Source: Nitrosarchaeum sp.
GTDB taxonomy: Archaea > Thermoproteota > Nitrososphaeria > Nitrososphaerales > Nitrosopumilaceae
Assembly: GCA_036984365.1 (NCBI GenBank)
Contig: BQXB01000003.1
Location: 1 to 40,000 of the forward strand
Length of the DNA: 40,000 nt
Reading direction: 5' to 3'
In this document: positions 35,582 to 40,000 of the stretch, piece by piece
Position numbering within the stretch: the stretch's first letter is position 1
How the letters are laid out: each line of letters begins with the position of its first letter
Program-made: the position numbers and the translations under genes
The notes under the pieces: generated by a model
The model's input: only the letters and a program-made list of their open reading frames with translations
Databases searched by the model: none
Told to the model about the DNA's origin: nothing

Positions 35582-36376
35582 ATGTTTGACATGATAAAAA
35601 AAGAACAAACTGTCAACAAGTATGTTTTGATTCTATCGATTGCATTGATTTCATTTGGATCTTTTAATGCAGCCAATAATGTTTTTGCCCAATCTCCTAC
35701 TGAATCTCCTGTAAAATGTGTGGATGCAAATGGAAATGAAGTATACTGTGCAGACCCGATGAATTTGCTAATGCTAAATATTTTAGAACAGCTTCTCTCA
35801 ACTGTTGGACCTATCGTGGCAGGAGCTGTGACAATGGGGATTAGTTTTGCAAGAAAGAAGGGGTTACAGATAAGTGCCGAGGCCGAAGAATATTTTGTAA
35901 ATTCTGCAAAGTCATTTGTAGACAACCAAAGCAGGTATGTATTCAAACAATTTATGGAAAACCCAGAGTATAGAGAACAGCTTGCAAATGGAAAAATGCC
36001 TCAAAAGTTAGGAAAAGAGATATTCCAAAACGTAAAGTCACAGCTTTTGGTTGAAATCAAGTCTGACGAATTTACAAAGAAGGCACGAAACATGTTAGCT
36101 GAAAACATTGATTCATTAATTGAGAGAACTCTGTCTGAAAGTAAAAAAGAACTGGCACAAAGGGCAAGAAACCTGCTTGTGGAATCCGTACCACTAGCAG
36201 TAGATTCTGCCTTACTATATGTGGAAAATCAGGAGATTGATGATGAACAAAAAAAAGAAATTGTTCAAAAAGCCATAAACATGGTCGCAAAACACTTTGA
36301 TGCGGAATACATCATCATGTCTACTGCCAGTGCAAAAATGTACATAGAGGCAGAACTCAAAAAGAGATTGAAATAA
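35582..36376 (+). CDS. hypothetical membrane/secreted protein (264 aa)
   Basis: N-terminal hydrophobic segment YVLILSIALISFGSFNAANNVFA and a second hydrophobic stretch. The remainder is helical. Confidence 0.5.
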   Translation: MFDMIKKEQTVNKYVLILSIALISFGSFNAANNVFAQSPTESPVKCVDANGNEVYCADPMNLLMLNILEQLLSTVGPIVAGAVTMGISFARKKGLQISAEAEEYFVNSAKSFVDNQSRYVFKQFMENPEYREQLANGKMPQKLGKEIFQNVKSQLLVEIKSDEFTKKARNMLAENIDSLIERTLSESKKELAQRARNLLVESVPLAVDSALLYVENQEIDDEQKKEIVQKAINMVAKHFDAEYIIMSTASAKMYIEAELKKRLK

Positions 36377-36528
36377 TTCTGAGAATCTCAGAATGTACAT
36401 GCAATATGAGTAAGACACATTTCTAAGATCTGCTTTAATTAAATTTGTTCTCCATTTTCAATAAAAATAACACTGTTTTTAATAAAATTCTGTTTTATAC
36501 TTATTTAATACATCTGTTTAATTGATTT

Positions 36529-36963
36529 ATGGCAGGTTTGGATAATCCAATAACAAATTTCCAGTTTATAGTTAGTTTTGGAGGTGAAACTACTACTTTT
36601 CAAGAGGTAGTTCTTCCCGAATCTGAAATTGAAGTTATAGAGTACAGAGACGGCTCGGATGTTTCATCAGGTGTAAGAAAAATTCCTGGACTCATAAAAT
36701 ACTCAAATCTGATATTAAAACGTGGTCTGACAAAGTCTCCTGAACTATACGAATGGTTCAAGCAAACCAAACAGGGATCTCTTGAACGAAGAAACATCAC
36801 AATCAGTATTCTAAATAAAGAAAGAGAACCGTTTGCAACCTGGAAATTAACAAATTGTTGGCCTACAAAATATAGTGGTTCAACATTAAATGCCAAAGGA
36901 AATCAAATTGTAATAGAAACATTAGAAATTGTAGTTGAAGATGTTGACTTGGAACTAAAATAG
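36529..36963 (+). CDS. phage / contractile-injection-system tail-tube-like protein (T4 gp19 / Afp1-like family)
   Basis: FQFIVSFGG...FQEVVLPESEIEVIEYRDGSD...RKIPGLIKYSNLILKRGLTKSPELYEWF...WKLTNCWPTKYSGSTLNAKGNQIVIETLEIV matches the conserved phage tail region protein pattern. Confidence 0.7.
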   Translation: MAGLDNPITNFQFIVSFGGETTTFQEVVLPESEIEVIEYRDGSDVSSGVRKIPGLIKYSNLILKRGLTKSPELYEWFKQTKQGSLERRNITISILNKEREPFATWKLTNCWPTKYSGSTLNAKGNQIVIETLEIVVEDVDLELK

Positions 36964-36978
36964 ATTCTTTGTTTTTAA

Positions 36979-37413
36979 TCAGATAGTTTCTTTATCGTGA
37001 TAAATTTCTACAAAATCTTTGTATATTGACAAATCATGTTGTATTGATTTTTGAAATACTTCTTTTAATTCATTTCTGAAAAAAATAATTGTTTTTATCT
37101 GCATTGGCTGCTTACTTGCTAAATAAAATTGAAACAAATCTACAAACATTTTGATTTTCTTTCCCGGAGGTAAAAATTTCAATTGTTGAAAAATTCTAAG
37201 CGAAGAAATGTTTTTTGTTTTTTGCATTCCTGATATCTTCTTGTTGAATTTAACTAATGTATCATATGCTGGATCATTTCCTATGTTTTCAATTACAATG
37301 AAAAGCATACCGTCTTTGCATTCAAAGTCTACTATTACATTTGGATTTTTTCTTCGAAGCATTTTTTCTGATTTTAGGTTTTTTGTTTTGGTCGTGGATT
37401 TTTTGATTGTCAT
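36979..37413 (-). CDS. hypothetical protein (144 aa) downstream of the second tube-like gene
   Basis: ORF only. It starts 12 nt after the upstream gene's stop on the same strand. Confidence 0.4.
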   Translation of the reverse strand: MTIKKSTTKTKNLKSEKMLRRKNPNVIVDFECKDGMLFIVIENIGNDPAYDTLVKFNKKISGMQKTKNISSLRIFQQLKFLPPGKKIKMFVDLFQFYLASKQPMQIKTIIFFRNELKEVFQKSIQHDLSIYKDFVEIYHDKETI

Positions 37414-37425
37414 TTTGAAGAAAAA

Positions 37426-37932
37426 TTATAGTTCGGAAGGCTCTTTTACGGATAAATCCCTTTCCCACCCTTCATTTTCTAGAGTGATTCTCTCAATTGC
37501 AACTGCAAAAGAATTGGCATCAAGTTCTGGCAATGCAACATATTCTGAAATCCAGCATCTGCGAATTAGATATGAAATTACTAACATTCCTGCTTCGTTA
37601 AACATTTCAAGAACAACATCTCTGCGAAAATTTTTCAAGGACATTTCGGAGCCTTTATTTCCACTAATATTGAAAACTTGATTTGCCCAATTTTCAAATT
37701 CTGTATCATGAGTAATTCCACGCTCTAATGTAATAGGACCATATTTTGTAAATCCAGGCATTTTTTGTATGTTGTTGGAGTTTGCACCATCTCTATACTC
37801 TATAACTTCTGTGTTTCTTTTTAGTGGTGATATTTTTGAAATTCCTGCAACATACTTTCCATTCCACTTTATTCTAAATTTGAAGTTCTTGTAAGGGTCT
37901 GTTCTATGAGTATTTACTGTAAATGTTGGCAC
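37426..37932 (-). CDS. phage / contractile-injection-system tail-tube-like protein, second paralog
   Basis: RTDPYKNFKFRIKWNGKYVAGISKISPLKRNTEVIEYRDGANSNNIQKMPGFTKYGPITLERGITHDTEFENW...VAIERITLENEGWERD is the same family signature. Confidence 0.7.
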   Translation of the reverse strand: MPTFTVNTHRTDPYKNFKFRIKWNGKYVAGISKISPLKRNTEVIEYRDGANSNNIQKMPGFTKYGPITLERGITHDTEFENWANQVFNISGNKGSEMSLKNFRRDVVLEMFNEAGMLVISYLIRRCWISEYVALPELDANSFAVAIERITLENEGWERDLSVKEPSEL

Positions 37933-38067
37933 AATTCTATGTCATGCTTGAAGATAATATGTTTTGCTAAGATTTCTCTTGGATGCATTTGCAAATTTTT
38001 TATTATTTTTTTTCGATTGGTTTTAATCAATATGGCATTCTTCTAATTTTATCGATTACAATCATTT

Positions 38068-39438
38068 CTATTTTTTTGTAAAGTTAATTTGAAAGCCCTC
38101 TGGAGTAATACATGAAAAATAATTATGTGAGAAATTTTGAACTATCATTGCATAGTTCCAAGGCAATGCCCCATTTAGAACACCATTTATGCTAAGAACT
38201 TGAGTTTGTGAATCAAATACCCAATATCCTGTAATGAACATTCGTTGATTCAATGCTTGCTCAAATAAATCAATAGAAACTGTTCCGTCTGAATAAAATT
38301 CTACTTGTCCCATGCTGCCTGTAGAAGTATTTGATACGAAACTCCAATTCCCATCGGGAGTAAAGATATTGTTTTTTAGGCTATTTCCATTCTCAATATG
38401 TGAAAACAAATCTGATTTTAGCATGCTTTTCTCCCAAGTTTGATCTTCTTTGTCATGCCTTGATTCTTTTATTTCTCGAATTTTTTCTGATTGCTTTTTT
38501 GGCGATTTTTCTTTTGATCGATCTAAGAATTTTTGAAATTTTTCTTCCCATTTCTTGTCTAATTCCATCTTGTGCTTCTCAAGCTCTGTTCTCAAGTCAA
38601 TATTATTCATTCCTGTTGTATCAGTTGTTACAAAGTTAGGGTAGCTTGCTATTATGATATCTCCTATACCTTCCATTTTTCTTATTGGTTCTTGTTTTGG
38701 TCTTTTTTCTGTAGGGAGATTCATTAAAGAATCATACACATAATTAGAAATTGATTCTGGTGTGACATTGCCAAATTTGTCGACTGATTTACCTTCTGCA
38801 CCTTTTAATCCTTCTAGAAAATAGAATGTAAAAATACTATGCCCCTTTTCTTTTGAGCCATATGCTTCTTGATAACCAGAGCTTGCAGATAATAAACATC
38901 TCCCTTTGCCTGAACACTCAAGAATTTTTTCAGACTGTTTTTTTATTTGAGAGTTGGCGCTCTTTGCAATACTATCTTCGCCTCCCTTAGAAATTCTTGC
39001 TCTTCCACTAAAACAAGAATCTAATACAACAATGGATTTCTTTGATGAACTTCGTCCCACAATTGTAGTCAAATCTTCAAATGAGAGACCTCTCTTAATT
39101 GGAACATCAGGATCAATTTCTGTCGATGCAAGATACACATTTCCATCAGAATCAGGAACTCCATGCCCTGAATAATAAAACAAAAGTGTGTCATTAGTTT
39201 TAATATCATTATTGATGAAAAAATCCGTTACTGTATCCCTAATGTTTTGTGCGGAGACATTTCCTATTAGCTGATTTTCTCCATGCATTTCAAATCCAAG
39301 AGATTTGAGGGTTTTGTGTACTTCTTTACCATCTTTTTCACAAAAATCTAAATCATGCAGATCTTTATTTTGATAGCTTGCAACAGCTATGACTAAAGCC
39401 TTCTTTTGAGACATTTGATATGTGTCTTTATTAGACAA
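38068..39438 (-). CDS. caspase-like (peptidase C14) protease with an unknown C-terminal domain
   Basis: KKALVIAVASYQN..L....DGKEV...LKSLGF, followed by LFYYSGHG (catalytic His) and IVVLDSCFSG (catalytic Cys). Confidence 0.75.
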   Translation of the reverse strand: MSNKDTYQMSQKKALVIAVASYQNKDLHDLDFCEKDGKEVHKTLKSLGFEMHGENQLIGNVSAQNIRDTVTDFFINNDIKTNDTLLFYYSGHGVPDSDGNVYLASTEIDPDVPIKRGLSFEDLTTIVGRSSSKKSIVVLDSCFSGRARISKGGEDSIAKSANSQIKKQSEKILECSGKGRCLLSASSGYQEAYGSKEKGHSIFTFYFLEGLKGAEGKSVDKFGNVTPESISNYVYDSLMNLPTEKRPKQEPIRKMEGIGDIIIASYPNFVTTDTTGMNNIDLRTELEKHKMELDKKWEEKFQKFLDRSKEKSPKKQSEKIREIKESRHDKEDQTWEKSMLKSDLFSHIENGNSLKNNIFTPDGNWSFVSNTSTGSMGQVEFYSDGTVSIDLFEQALNQRMFITGYWVFDSQTQVLSINGVLNGALPWNYAMIVQNFSHNYFSCITPEGFQINFTKK

Positions 39439-39552
39439 TTCAAATTTTCTTTGTTCCAGTTTTCAATAAAGATTACGCGTATCACTAGTTTTAGAATTTT
39501 AAAGGATATACGCAGTAAAAATACATAAAAATCATCTGAAACTAGAACTGAT

Positions 39553-39822
39553 ATGAATACAAAACAAGATGTTCAATTATACTTTGCAGAGGAAGGAACA
39601 TCTTCAAGCACAGAAGATTACGTAAGCAAAGGAATAGATGATAAGTTTAAGGGATTTTCCACATCTATTGACAAAGTTATTGGTTGGTTTGATAAATATC
39701 AAGTACAATCAATTGAACTTTGGATTCAAGCTGCAGCAGAGACTGGAGGTATTCTCAAACTCCTAGTTAGTGCCAAGGGAGAAGGAGGAATGAAAATTAC
39801 TCTAGTTCCAAAAACACAATAA
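39553..39822 (+). CDS. trypco2-like small protein (89 aa), divergent from the caspase gene
   Basis: The C-terminal VQSIELWIQAAAETGGILKLLVSAKGEGGMKITLVPK resembles the trypco2 (trypsin-co-occurring domain 2) pattern: E-hydrophobic-E-F-x-V..., then a Gly-rich stretch, then a final K-hydrophobic-T-L-x-hydrophobic-x-P. Confidence 0.45.
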   Translation: MNTKQDVQLYFAEEGTSSSTEDYVSKGIDDKFKGFSTSIDKVIGWFDKYQVQSIELWIQAAAETGGILKLLVSAKGEGGMKITLVPKTQ

Positions 39823-40000
39823 CTTTCTATTATTTTTTTGATCTTAGTTTTTTTTCTTGTAGGGATAACTTATTCTGAAAAATAATGATTATGCATAACT
39901 TGAAACAAAGAATTTGTAATTTTAAAATAATGAAATTACAAGAGATCATAACAATTATGTTTACACGATGACATGATTATTAGAATTTTTTCTACAAATG

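Noticed and set aside
36529-37932. Calling this a complete prophage tail or eCIS locus
   Set aside because: Only tube-like genes are present. No sheath, baseplate, tape-measure, capsid or terminase signatures are visible in the window, so no mobile-element or eCIS call was made.
1-40000. tRNA, rRNA or other structured RNA genes, for example as alternative integration targets
   Set aside because: I could not recognise any cloverleaf-capable GC-rich segment or rRNA-like sequence in the intergenic regions. The integration target here is the protein-coding aEF-2 3' end. A tRNAscan/Infernal run would be needed to exclude small ncRNAs.

Overview
AT-rich, Nitrosopumilus-like (thaumarchaeal) chromosomal segment. 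The left flank (1-5.5 kb) is housekeeping: an Lrp/AsnC-like fragment, an MqnA/MqnD-family futalosine-pathway enzyme, a SIS-domain protein and archaeal elongation factor 2 (aEF-2). The core (about 5.54-26.94 kb) is a stack of three insertions in the 3' end of the aEF-2 gene. They are delimited by four copies of the gene's terminal sequence ATCGACAGAGAGTAAAAA. Elements 1 (about 5.5 kb) and 2 (about 10.9 kb) are complete, mutually diverged, oppositely oriented casposons. Each has a Cas1 casposase, a protein-primed family B DNA polymerase, a syntenic small-gene operon and terminal inverted repeats containing a C6 run. Element 3 (about 5.0 kb) lacks cas1 and polB, keeps a casposon-1-like left end, and holds pseudogenes and host-like regulators. 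There is no CRISPR array and no cas2. The most interesting part is casposon 2's cargo: a HEPN-like (Rx4H) protein, a TIR-like protein and a DUF2971 protein, joined to the polB operon. A frameshifted HExxH metalloprotease also lies in this element. The right flank holds a truncated aldehyde dehydrogenase pseudogene, a CPA2-type antiporter, secreted and coiled-coil proteins, and a Vgb-lyase-like/dienelactone-hydrolase fusion. At 36.5-39.8 kb there are two phage/eCIS tail-tube-like paralogs next to a caspase-like (C14) protease and a divergent trypco2-like small protein. All homology calls are motif recognition by eye, because no searches were run. I recognised no rRNA or tRNA genes.
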